A DNA stretch of 37,459 bases from assembly GCA_035557125.1 (NCBI GenBank), contig DATMEC010000256.1:1-37459 (forward strand). Reading direction: 5' to 3'. The translations under genes and the position numbers were made by a program. This DNA comes from Steroidobacteraceae bacterium (GTDB taxonomy: Bacteria; Pseudomonadota; Gammaproteobacteria; Steroidobacterales; Steroidobacteraceae). The notes beneath the pieces are model-generated. The model did no database searches. It was not told where the DNA came from and saw only the letters and a program-made list of their open reading frames with translations. Below, one piece after another: positions 18,335-26,577 of the stretch; positions within the stretch are counted from its first letter, which is position 1; the number at the start of each line of letters is the position of its first letter.

Positions 18335-21300
18335 CTAGAACATCACGTTCATGCTCACCTTGAACGTGCGCGGCACACCCGCGAGATCTCCATCCTTGAA
18401 GTAGAACGGCTGATCCGGGTCCGCGCTGAAAAGGAATGCCATGTTCTCCCGGTTCGTGGCGTTGAGGACGTCGATCCGGAACTGGACGGCGCCGCGGTCG
18501 CCGAACTCGAAGGTCTTCGTGGCCTGCAGGTCGAGGGTGAAGAATCCAATCGTGTCCTGCGGATGCCGCGAGCGCTTGATGAAGTCGTAGTTCAGGCCAT
18601 TGGGAGGCGCGACGTCTTCATCGAAAGTGTAGATGCCGGCCAGGGGTTTCGGCGTCTCAACCACCATCTTGGCGCCCAGAGTGATACCCCAGGGCACATC
18701 GTAGCTGCCCACGGCAACCAGGCGGTGCTTGGGCACCTCGCCTGACAGTGCGTACGGCGAGTAATACGGAGAGGCGTAGTCGAACTGGTAGTCGCCGTTG
18801 AATTCGAGCCTCTCCTTCGCGTAGGAGAACGTGTATGCGAGACTCGTCGACCAGCCCGTTTCCGCGTCGTACGGCCTGTCGGCGGACAGCAGCAGCTGCG
18901 TGGTCCGGGTCGCCTTGGCGTTGTCGAAGAGGCGGAGTGCTCCGCCGCCGGCGTTCGGGATTAACGCGGTAGATTCGGCGTATGCAAACGAGTCGTACCA
19001 GTACCAGGTACCATCACCGAAGCGGTTGCCGCTGCTGGCGATAACGCCGTCGTAGCTCGTGATGTAGGCGATGGCGGCGCTCGTGTTCCACTCGCCCACC
19101 AGGTTGCGCATGCCGAGCGTGAACTGGTCGGAGTAGGGCGCATCCAGGTTGTTGTTGATGAAGTGCATCTCGCCGAAGTTGCCCGGCGCGATCGACGCCA
19201 GACCTTCCGGCGTCAGGTAGGCATCGTCCCAGGGGAGGCAAAACGCGTTGTTCAGCGTCCCCGACGGGCAGAGGTTTCCGACGGCATCACTGTCGTTCCA
19301 GAACTGGACCGTCGGCACGTAGAGCGTCGCCTTGTTTGTCTCGTGCTGCAGGATGCTGAACGTGTTGCGGTCGTAGCTGCGGGCGGCGCCGCCGAAGACC
19401 ACGTGCGCCTCGTCGCCGTTGACGTCGTAGGAGAACCCGAACCGCGGCGCGATCTGGTCGCTCGGGTCGCTGCGGTTGCTGCCGTTGCTGATGTAGTCGT
19501 CGATGTCGATGCCGGCAATCGCCAGGGTCTCGCGGTATGTCTGGCCGGGCTGCGACCCGTGATAGCCGCCGCTGAAGTTGTAACCGCACAGGGCAGGATC
19601 GTCCTGCACATCGACCGGACACCCGTTCGGATCGAGGGCGTTGATCGCATCGATGAAACGCTGCGGCGTCACGTAGTCCGTGTACGTCGGCGTCTCCTCG
19701 TAGTCATAGCGGATGCCGAGATTCAGCGTCAGGCGGTCGTTCACCGCCCAGTCGTCCTGGAAGTAGATGCCGTACTGGCGGTTCTTCGACGTCGAGGTCG
19801 GGTTGATGCTGGCGTCGGCCTGCGCGCCGAAGGTCACCTGGAACGGGTCTTCCTCCACGCCGCCGTTCGCGGGATCCGGGCTGACCCAGAAGTCATAGAG
19901 CGCCTCCGTCGAGGCGTCGCGAACCTGCAGTTCGACGTCCTTGAACTTCACGCCGGTCTTGAGCGTGTGCTCGCCATGCCAGTCGAACTCCGTGAACGTG
20001 ATGTCGTCCTGGACGGAATAGCCGCTCTGGGTCGTGAAGAAGTAGCTGCGCGGATCGACGCCGTCGATCTGCAGGATTGGATCGAAGCCGTCGCCCTGCG
20101 TGTTCAGGGCCACAAACCGCTGGCCCGGCAGGTCGCCCGCCTTCGAGGGCGTGTCGCGCGTATCTTCGTACGTGACCGCTGCCTCGTTGAAGTAGCTGTC
20201 GCCCAAGTGCTCCCAGCGCAGCGCGAGGCGCTCGTCGTCGTTGATGTAGGTCGACGCCGCGGATTCGGCCACCACGCCGGCTGCGCCGCTCTGCTGGCGC
20301 TCCTTGCGCTTCTTGCCCGACAGCTCGAGGCGATCGGAGCCGGTGATCTGCCAGTCGAGCTTGGCGAAGATGAGATCTTCGTCGAACGGATTGGCGACCG
20401 GGCCGTAGTTTTCCCGCAACTCCGGGGTCAGTCCGCTGGCCCAGTCCGGCACCTCGCCGCTTGCGTCAAAGATCTGCGGCACGAGTATGGTATTGGGCGT
20501 CGTGAACTCCTTGGCTTCGTAGGTCACGAAGAAGTGCAGGCGGTCCTTGATGATCGGCCCGCCCAGCGAGAAGCCGTATTCCTTGCTGTCGCCGCCCTGC
20601 TTGCCGGTACCCGCGGCCAGTTCAGGCGGTGTCTTGGCGCGGAAGTCTGAGTCCGAATAGGTCATGAAGGCCGCGGCCTCGAATTCGTTCGTGCCAGACT
20701 TGGTGACGGCCGTGATGGCCGCCCCGGAGACCTGGTCATACTCGGCCTTGTAGTTCGAGGTAATGACCTTGTACTCGGCGATGGCGAGCTGGGGGAACGG
20801 GTTGCCCGGACTGCCGGTGGTATTCTGGTTCGAATCCGCGCCGGCCTGTCCCGTCACGCCGCTCGGACGCACGTAGTTCTTCTGCCCGACGCCGTCGATA
20901 TAGACGTTGGTCGTGCCCGTGTTGAGCGTGCCGCTGCGGATCTGCGTGTTGCCCCTGGCGTCGACCTCGAACTTCATGCCCGGCACGGCATCGGCAAACT
21001 CGAGGAAATTGCGCGTGATCTGCGGCGTCGACTCGATCTGCCGCAGCGACACGCCGCCGCCGACCTCCGACGTCTTGACCTCCGCCAGCCGCCCTCCGCT
21101 GACCTGGACCTCGCCAAGCGCGGTGACCTGCTCGCCGCCTTCGAAATTGAGCGTCGAAGTGGATGCGACGCTCAGCGTGACGGTGCGCTCCGTGCCTGGA
21201 CCCGCACTCACCTGATACGTGCCGGGCGGGAGGCCCACCAACACGTAAGACCCTTCGCTGCTCACCTGAACCTGTCGCGTGAAACCGGTTTCCGCGTTCG

Positions 21301-21466
21301 TGGCCGTAACCTCCGTGCCGGCGGGCGCCTTGCCGCGCAACGCGGAGTTGGCCGACTGCGCGGCGGCCTCTTGCGGCAGCACATTCGCCATCAGGATCGC
21401 GCCCACGAGAATCGCGAGTCGCCGGCTGCCCAGGGTCCCAGTCCTCATCGTCTTCCGAGTGTTCAT
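18335..21466 (-). CDS. TonB-dependent outer-membrane receptor with N-terminal carboxypeptidase-regulatory-like domain (Oar-like)
   Basis: ORF 18335..21559 with the start set to ATG 21466 (MNTRKTMRTGTLGSRRLAILVGAILMANV...AAAQ). The N-terminal segment GTEVTATNAETGF...GSYVLVGLPPGTYQV is followed by a plug and a long beta-barrel region. The protein ends with Phe (...SMNVMF). Confidence 0.9.
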   Translation of the reverse strand: MNTRKTMRTGTLGSRRLAILVGAILMANVLPQEAAAQSANSALRGKAPAGTEVTATNAETGFTRQVQVSSEGSYVLVGLPPGTYQVSAGPGTERTVTLSVASTSTLNFEGGEQVTALGEVQVSGGRLAEVKTSEVGGGVSLRQIESTPQITRNFLEFADAVPGMKFEVDARGNTQIRSGTLNTGTTNVYIDGVGQKNYVRPSGVTGQAGADSNQNTTGSPGNPFPQLAIAEYKVITSNYKAEYDQVSGAAITAVTKSGTNEFEAAAFMTYSDSDFRAKTPPELAAGTGKQGGDSKEYGFSLGGPIIKDRLHFFVTYEAKEFTTPNTILVPQIFDASGEVPDWASGLTPELRENYGPVANPFDEDLIFAKLDWQITGSDRLELSGKKRKERQQSGAAGVVAESAASTYINDDERLALRWEHLGDSYFNEAAVTYEDTRDTPSKAGDLPGQRFVALNTQGDGFDPILQIDGVDPRSYFFTTQSGYSVQDDITFTEFDWHGEHTLKTGVKFKDVELQVRDASTEALYDFWVSPDPANGGVEEDPFQVTFGAQADASINPTSTSKNRQYGIYFQDDWAVNDRLTLNLGIRYDYEETPTYTDYVTPQRFIDAINALDPNGCPVDVQDDPALCGYNFSGGYHGSQPGQTYRETLAIAGIDIDDYISNGSNRSDPSDQIAPRFGFSYDVNGDEAHVVFGGAARSYDRNTFSILQHETNKATLYVPTVQFWNDSDAVGNLCPSGTLNNAFCLPWDDAYLTPEGLASIAPGNFGEMHFINNNLDAPYSDQFTLGMRNLVGEWNTSAAIAYITSYDGVIASSGNRFGDGTWYWYDSFAYAESTALIPNAGGGALRLFDNAKATRTTQLLLSADRPYDAETGWSTSLAYTFSYAKERLEFNGDYQFDYASPYYSPYALSGEVPKHRLVAVGSYDVPWGITLGAKMVVETPKPLAGIYTFDEDVAPPNGLNYDFIKRSRHPQDTIGFFTLDLQATKTFEFGDRGAVQFRIDVLNATNRENMAFLFSADPDQPFYFKDGDLAGVPRTFKVSMNVMF

Positions 21467-21530
21467 GAGATTTCCCTTGCTCGTTGATTCCCGCGGCGCC
21501 GCCCGTAGCCGGCGCAGCCCCCAAATGAAG

Positions 21531-22487
21531 TCACCGGACCATCGACGCCTCGACAGCACTCAGTGCCGCGCCAATCAGTCCACCTCGCGCGCCGAGGCGC
21601 GCACGGCGGATGCGCACGCGCCGCGCGTACCGGCCCGCCGCAAACTGCGGCAGCGCCGCGCGAAAGCTTTTCCAGTAACGGCCGGGGGCGGCCCCTACGC
21701 CGCCTCCCAGCACGACCAGCGACGGATCCAGGGCGTTGACCAGGATCGCGACGTGGACGGCGAGCTCGGTCGCAGCCGCGTCGACCACCTTGCGTGCGAT
21801 GCCGGGCCGAAAGCGCGCCGCGCGGCAGACCTGCTCCGCATCGTCGGCGCGGTAGCCCATCGCGTTCGCGCGGCGCACCAGGGCGGGTCCCGACGCGCGG
21901 GATTCGAGCGGAGCGAACTCCGTACTGCCATTGCGGGCGCCGATGGCACTGGTCGGGCCGCTGGCGAACCCGATGGCGTGTCCATGTGTCCCGAACCAGG
22001 GCCGACCGTCGACGAACAGGGTCGAGCTGATACCCGTGCCGACGCCGACGTAGAGAAAGGTCGGGCTGCCGCGTGCCGCGCCAAGGCGCGCCTCGGCGAG
22101 GGCCGCTGTTCGCACATCCGAAGCGATGATCACGTCGCCGTATTCGGCAAATGCCTTTCGCACGCGCGACGACCGCCACGGCAGTACCGCGCGGCTTTCG
22201 ATCTCGCCCTTCGGCCCGACGAGCTCGGGCACGCCGATGCCCACCTTGTCCACCGACAACCCAGACCTGTTGCCGGCTTGCACGACTTCGCGCGCGATGG
22301 TCGCCGCGCGCGCCAGCGCCTGCCGACCGCCATCAGCGGCATCCGTCGGGATCGATCGAACGTGCCGGACCGACCCGGATCGCGGCACGAAGAGGCCGGC
22401 CCGGATGCTGGTGCCGCCAACGTCGATGCCGAGCACACAACGCTGCCGATTGCGCGCACGGCCTATGCGGCGCGAGGCGTCGCTCAT
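21531..22487 (-). CDS. ROK-family sugar kinase (divergent, Cys-less)
   Basis: ORF 21531..22487. Motifs CVLGIDVGGTSIRAG (DxGGT phosphate-1), SDVRTAALAEARLGAARG and YVGVGTGISSTLFVDG. The usual CxCGxxGC zinc motif is absent. Confidence 0.75.
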   Translation of the reverse strand: MSDASRRIGRARNRQRCVLGIDVGGTSIRAGLFVPRSGSVRHVRSIPTDAADGGRQALARAATIAREVVQAGNRSGLSVDKVGIGVPELVGPKGEIESRAVLPWRSSRVRKAFAEYGDVIIASDVRTAALAEARLGAARGSPTFLYVGVGTGISSTLFVDGRPWFGTHGHAIGFASGPTSAIGARNGSTEFAPLESRASGPALVRRANAMGYRADDAEQVCRAARFRPGIARKVVDAAATELAVHVAILVNALDPSLVVLGGGVGAAPGRYWKSFRAALPQFAAGRYARRVRIRRARLGARGGLIGAALSAVEASMVR

Positions 22488-23329
22488 GGCAGGTATCTCG
22501 GCGCGACGCCGAGCATCGCGGTGGCGGCCCCGGAGAAGGACAGGACTTCGTACTGCCCCGATTGGGGAATGAACACGGCGTCGCGCGGGCCGAGCGGGAA
22601 CGTCGTTGACTGGGACTTCCAGTGCGTGCGGACCATGAGTTCGCCGGAAATGCCGACGATCATCGCGTCGCCGCCGTGCGCGGTTTTCTCGCCTGTGGCG
22701 CCCGCCGGCACCTGAAGCTCGGCGACGGTCAGGTGCTCGGTGCTGACGACCAGGCCGACCGCGATTTCGCCTTCCAGCCGCAGCGATCGCTCACGCGGCC
22801 CGATTCGATGCAGGGTCTTGAGCGCGGCCGCGCCGACGAAATTCCCCAGCAGCTCGTCGCGCCGATACACCGGCGCGTCCAGGTATTCCTGTTTCATCGC
22901 ATAGTTGCCGCTCGTGCCTTGCGACGGCGGCGGCGCGAAGAATTCGAGGACGCGCAGCGGTTCTGCGCCATGTGCGCGGACGTGGTGCCAGGTGTCCTTA
23001 CGGAAGAACACTGATTCACCCGCCAGGCACTCGACGACTTCGCCCGTCTGCGGATTGCAGGCCAGCATCGCACCCTGCAACACGTGGAGGACCTCATCCG
23101 CAGCAAACACGGTCCGGAACGCCGGCGAATGCTTGAACCAGTGTCCGGGCGCCATGCCGAACTCGATCACGTGGATCTTGTCGGTCGAGGCATACAACCA
23201 GTCGCCGACGAGCCCTGACTGCTTGTCGCCCCAGACGTGATGCTTGATTTCGCTGCGACGGGCGAGCGCAGGCGCGTCGTAGGTCGGGCGCGGGGAAGGG
23301 GTGTATCCCGATGAACCACTATCGTTCAA
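22484..23329 (-). CDS. Bicupin (two cupin barrels), function unknown
   Basis: ORF 22484..23428, with cupin-like cores in both halves. I prefer the in-frame TTG 23329, which is preceded by GGAGG at 4-nt spacing and lies downstream of the predicted promoter. ATG 23428 is the ORF-track alternative. ATGA overlap with the ROK gene start. Confidence 0.6.
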   Translation of the reverse strand: MNDSGSSGYTPSPRPTYDAPALARRSEIKHHVWGDKQSGLVGDWLYASTDKIHVIEFGMAPGHWFKHSPAFRTVFAADEVLHVLQGAMLACNPQTGEVVECLAGESVFFRKDTWHHVRAHGAEPLRVLEFFAPPPSQGTSGNYAMKQEYLDAPVYRRDELLGNFVGAAALKTLHRIGPRERSLRLEGEIAVGLVVSTEHLTVAELQVPAGATGEKTAHGGDAMIVGISGELMVRTHWKSQSTTFPLGPRDAVFIPQSGQYEVLSFSGAATAMLGVAPRYLP

Positions 23330-23379
23330 CGACCCTCCGCCTACTTGTGGTAGTGGATCAACGACGCGAGCCGGCCCAA

Positions 23380-23408
23380 AATATAGGCTAGCACCGGGAT
23401 CGTTGCAA
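23380..23408 (-). promoter_or_regulatory. Sigma70-like promoter for the minus-strand operon
   Basis: On the minus strand, TTGCAA (23408..23403) is followed by a 17-nt spacer and TATATT (23385..23380). This is the only AT-rich patch in the divergent intergenic region. Confidence 0.4.
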
Positions 23409-23436
23409 CCAGATGCAACCATCGCCAACCAGTTGG
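23402..23436. promoter_or_regulatory. Three 10-bp-phased nGCAACCA repeats plus two short palindromes (candidate operator cluster 1)
   Basis: CAACCA occurs at 23406, 23416 and 23426. The palindrome GTTGCAAC lies at 23402..23409. CCAAC-CA-GTTGG lies at 23425..23436. The cluster overlaps the predicted -35 element. Confidence 0.5.
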
Positions 23437-23534
23437 GGAGGGTTTCGTTGACTCGGCGGCCTCGCGGCGTTGCCTCGCCGCAGATCGCTCGGTAATCTGC
23501 CCGGGCGGGCGCTGGCGCTCATGCTGCACTGCAA

Positions 23535-23552
23535 GGCAACCAAAGACAACCA
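23535..23552. promoter_or_regulatory. Two further 10-bp-phased CAACCA repeats just upstream of the regulator gene (candidate operator cluster 2)
   Basis: GGCAACCA lies at 23535..23542 and GACAACCA at 23545..23552, 16 nt upstream of ATG 23568. Confidence 0.45.
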
Positions 23553-23567
23553 ACGCGATTGACCACA

Positions 23568-24344
23568 ATGACCCGGACCAAGCACCGCCGCCGCCGCACA
23601 CGCCCGTCCCTGGCGGCGCTCAGCACGACCTCTCTCTACGAAACCTGCGCCACGGCGCTGAATCGCGAGATCGAAACCGGGGCCCTGCGGCCCGGGCAAC
23701 GCCTGCCGTCGGAACGTTCGCTGGGCGACGCGCTCGGATTTACGCGCCTCACGGTACGGCGGGCCTTGCAGGTGCTCGCACAGCGCGGCCTGCTGGAGCC
23801 GGACGAACGCCGCGGCTGGCAGGTGCGCAGCGGCCAAGTCAGCGACAGCCTGTCAACGCTCATGGGCTTTACACAGATGGCCCGGATGCGGGGCTTGGTC
23901 GCCAGCTCGCGCATCCTTTCGCTCGAATATCGCGATGCGACTTTCGACGAGTCCGAGGCGCTGCGTGTCGCGCCCGGTGCGCCGATCCTCGACCTTTCGC
24001 GATTGCGCCTTCTTGACGACCGACCGACGGCGATCGAGCGGCTGCGAATGCCGACGAGCCGCCTGCAGTGGCCGGACGGGTTCGACTTCACGGGCTCGAT
24101 CTACGCCGCCCTGGAATCGCGGGGCATCGTGCCCACCGTTGCGGATGCGTACGTCGACGTGGTGGATGCGACCGAGGCCGAAGCGGGCCTGCTCGGCGTG
24201 GCGACCGGCCGCGGCCTGTTGCGCATGAACTGTGTGACCACCGGTGCCGACGAGGTGGTCATCAGTCTCGAGTCGTCCATGTATCACCCGGATCGCTATC
24301 GATTCCGTGCAATTCTCCAGAAGCGCGCGAAGCGGTGGCCCTGA
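23568..24344 (+). CDS. GntR-family transcriptional regulator, HutC subfamily (wHTH + UTRA effector domain)
   Basis: ORF 23559..24344 (TTG 23559 or ATG 23568). The wHTH segment is LPSERSLGDALGFTRLTVRRALQVLAQRGLL. The C-terminal UTRA-like domain covers residues from about position 100 to the end. Confidence 0.85.
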   Translation: MTRTKHRRRRTRPSLAALSTTSLYETCATALNREIETGALRPGQRLPSERSLGDALGFTRLTVRRALQVLAQRGLLEPDERRGWQVRSGQVSDSLSTLMGFTQMARMRGLVASSRILSLEYRDATFDESEALRVAPGAPILDLSRLRLLDDRPTAIERLRMPTSRLQWPDGFDFTGSIYAALESRGIVPTVADAYVDVVDATEAEAGLLGVATGRGLLRMNCVTTGADEVVISLESSMYHPDRYRFRAILQKRAKRWP

Positions 24345-24349
24345 GCCCG

Positions 24350-25705
24350 ATGGCCTTGTGTCGCGCTGCGCCGCGCGGTTTGACGGCGGCGCAGGTCATC
24401 GCGGTCATCTCGGTCATCTCGGTGGGTTGCGGCCCGGACGCAAGTGATGACGGCGCCAGATCCGGCCGCCATGCGGCCGACGGCGATCGCCGCATCCTGG
24501 AGGTCTGGACGCCGGAAAGCGGAAGCCGCCTGCAAATGGTGCAGCAGCGTGCCGACCAGTTTTCCGCCGCGCGTCCCGACGTGAAGATCAGCTTCACCGT
24601 TCGCGACTTTGGCTCGTACCCCGCACAGCTCAAGCTGGCGCTCGCATCGGACAGCGCGCCGGATGTCGTCATCGGCAACCTCGGATGGTCGCTCGACGGC
24701 CCATTGATCAAGGCCGGCCTGCTGCGCCCCCTCGACCCATGGGCGGCGCGCTACGGTTGGGACAAGCGCTTCCCTGAGGTCGCGCAGCGGCAGATGCGCT
24801 TTACCGTCGACGGCAAGCACTTCGGCCGCGGCGCGATATTCGGCATTCCGTATGCCGCAGACGTCATCGGCTGGTTCTACAATGTCGACAAGCTGGAGAA
24901 GCTCGGCGACGGCGTACCGGCCACCCTGGGCGAGCTCGAGTCGGACTTCGAGACCGCCAGAAGGACGGGCGAAGTGCCGATCATGCTGGGCAACAAGCCG
25001 CAATGGCCCGGGCTGCACCTGTTCTATCTCGTCAGCTGCGACCTCGCCTCCGACCGGGAGATCAACGGCATCGTCTTCGGCGACCGATCGGTGCAATGGA
25101 CGGATCCGGGATTCGTCGAAAGCGCCCGGATGCTCGCGCGGTGGAACGCGAGCGGATACATCGCGGACGGAGTTAACAGCATGTCGCCGGCGGATGCCCT
25201 CGCGAGATTCGTCCGCGGTGCCGGCGTGTTCCTGCCGGCAGGCTCCTGGAATGCTGCGGAACTTTCGGCGGCCATGGGCGACGACGTCGCGTTCTTCCTG
25301 ATGCCCCCGGTTCGCAAGGGCGACCCGAGACGCGCGACGGGCAGCGTTGGATATGGTTGGCACATCACTGCAACGAGCGGGCAGGCGGACCTCGCCGCCG
25401 AGTTCATCGACTTCATGACGCAGGAAGCGTTTGCGATCCAGCTCGCTGCAGGCGGCGACATCTCGCCCCTCCCAATCGACGACGCCGTGCCTCGGGCACC
25501 TTCCCGGCTGGCCGGCGAGATCTTCGCGGCCTGGCAAAGCGTCCTGGCGAACGGGACGCTGCTGCCGTACCTCGATTTTTCCGCGCCGAACGGGGCCGAG
25601 GTCATCTATCCGACGATGCAGTCGATCATCGCTGGGCAGGTGGAAGCCCGGCAGGGTCTCGAGCTGATCGAGCAATCACGCAAAGAATTCCTGGATTCGC
25701 AGTGA
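24350..25705 (+). CDS. ABC transporter sugar-binding protein (family 1 solute-binding protein)
   Basis: In-frame ATG 24350 within ORF 24068..25705, 5 nt after the regulator stop codon. Signal peptide MALCRAAPRGLTAAQVIAVISVISVGCG, with a possible lipobox-like Cys. Size and composition are typical of carbohydrate-binding proteins. Confidence 0.8.
   Translation: MALCRAAPRGLTAAQVIAVISVISVGCGPDASDDGARSGRHAADGDRRILEVWTPESGSRLQMVQQRADQFSAARPDVKISFTVRDFGSYPAQLKLALASDSAPDVVIGNLGWSLDGPLIKAGLLRPLDPWAARYGWDKRFPEVAQRQMRFTVDGKHFGRGAIFGIPYAADVIGWFYNVDKLEKLGDGVPATLGELESDFETARRTGEVPIMLGNKPQWPGLHLFYLVSCDLASDREINGIVFGDRSVQWTDPGFVESARMLARWNASGYIADGVNSMSPADALARFVRGAGVFLPAGSWNAAELSAAMGDDVAFFLMPPVRKGDPRRATGSVGYGWHITATSGQADLAAEFIDFMTQEAFAIQLAAGGDISPLPIDDAVPRAPSRLAGEIFAAWQSVLANGTLLPYLDFSAPNGAEVIYPTMQSIIAGQVEARQGLELIEQSRKEFLDSQ
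24394..24423 (+). repeat. 9-bp tandem repeat, three copies, inside the binding-protein signal peptide
   Basis: The sequence reads GGTCATCGC GGTCATCTC GGTCATCTC GGT and encodes the VIAVISVISV part of the hydrophobic core. Confidence 0.9.
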
Positions 25706-26577
25706 TGACCGCGCGCGGCCGCAGGGCGTTGCCGTATCTATACCTGCTGCCCGCGTTCCTTTTCTTCGTGCCATTCGTCCTCGTGCCGTTTGCCCACACG
25801 GTGGGCCTGTCCTTCTACGACTGGGACGGACTCACGCGCGCTGCATTCACCGGGCTCGGCAACTATCGCGAGGCGTTCGGCAGCGCGCTCGTGCGGTCGG
25901 CCTTCGGCCATGCGTTCGTCCTCATATTCTTCTTCGGCGTGCTGCCCGTCCTGCTGGCCCTCCCGCTCGCCGTGAGCAGCGTGAACGCGAGCATCCCGGG
26001 CGGCAATGCGCTCCGGACCCTGATCTTCCTGCCGCAGGCCATATCCACGGTCGTGGTCGGGGTGAGCTGGGGGTGGATCCTCGCGCTGGACGGCCCGCTC
26101 AACGCGGGATTGCACGCATTCGGCCTCGATTGGGCCGCGGTCGACTGGCTCGGGAGCTTTACCTGGGCGCTGCCGAGCCTCGGCATCGTCGGCACGTGGA
26201 CGCTGACCGGATTGTGCGTCGCCCTGTTTTTCGCGGGCCTGCAGCAGATTCCAGGCTCGCTTTACGACGCGGCTGCGGTCGACGGGGCCGGGCGCCTGCG
26301 CGAATTCCTGGCTGTCACACTGCCAGGGCTCAAGGGGTTGATCGCGGTCGCGCTAACCGTCACCGTCATCTCGGCGCTGCGTGCCTTCGATCTCGTGTTC
26401 GTGACGACGCGCGGCGGACCCGGCACCGAGACGGTCGTGCCGGGAATCCTGATCTACAGGCGCGCGTTCGAGGACGGCCGGCTGGGTTCTGCAGCAGCAA
26501 TTGCGGTGATCCTCAGCATCGTCGTATTCGCCGTAACCCTCCTCATCAACCGCATTGCGGACCGGAACGCGCCGTGA
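25705..26577 (+). CDS. ABC sugar transporter permease (MalF/UgpA-like)
   Basis: ATG 25705 within ORF 25357..26577 (TGATG junction with the binding-protein gene). Hydrophobic protein of 6-TM type with the EAA-like loop YDAAAVDGAGRLREFLAVTLPGLKG. Confidence 0.85.
   Translation: MTARGRRALPYLYLLPAFLFFVPFVLVPFAHTVGLSFYDWDGLTRAAFTGLGNYREAFGSALVRSAFGHAFVLIFFFGVLPVLLALPLAVSSVNASIPGGNALRTLIFLPQAISTVVVGVSWGWILALDGPLNAGLHAFGLDWAAVDWLGSFTWALPSLGIVGTWTLTGLCVALFFAGLQQIPGSLYDAAAVDGAGRLREFLAVTLPGLKGLIAVALTVTVISALRAFDLVFVTTRGGPGTETVVPGILIYRRAFEDGRLGSAAAIAVILSIVVFAVTLLINRIADRNAP

Noticed and set aside
21467-21530. Short GC stem (GCGCCG...CGGCGC) in the 64-nt gap between the ROK and TonB-dependent receptor genes, considered as an internal terminator or attenuator.
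   Set aside because: The stem is only 6 bp with no U-tract. Such stems occur by chance in GC-rich DNA.
23470-23498. Plus-strand promoter candidate for the regulator gene: TTGCCT, a 17-nt spacer, then TAATCT.
   Set aside because: The -10 element matches only 3 of 6 consensus positions in a GC-rich context. That is too weak to list as a feature without transcription start site data.
23341-23837. ORFs 23341..23601 (-) and 23388..23837 (-) spanning the divergent control region and the 5' end of the regulator gene.
   Set aside because: They have no motifs and are antisense to the well-supported GntR/HutC gene. They also cover the repeat and promoter region, so they are more simply explained as non-coding.
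24350-24430. Lipoprotein call for the solute-binding protein (ISVGC).
   Set aside because: The -3 position is Ser rather than Leu, Val or Ile, so the lipobox is imperfect. I left it as a possible feature within the CDS evidence.
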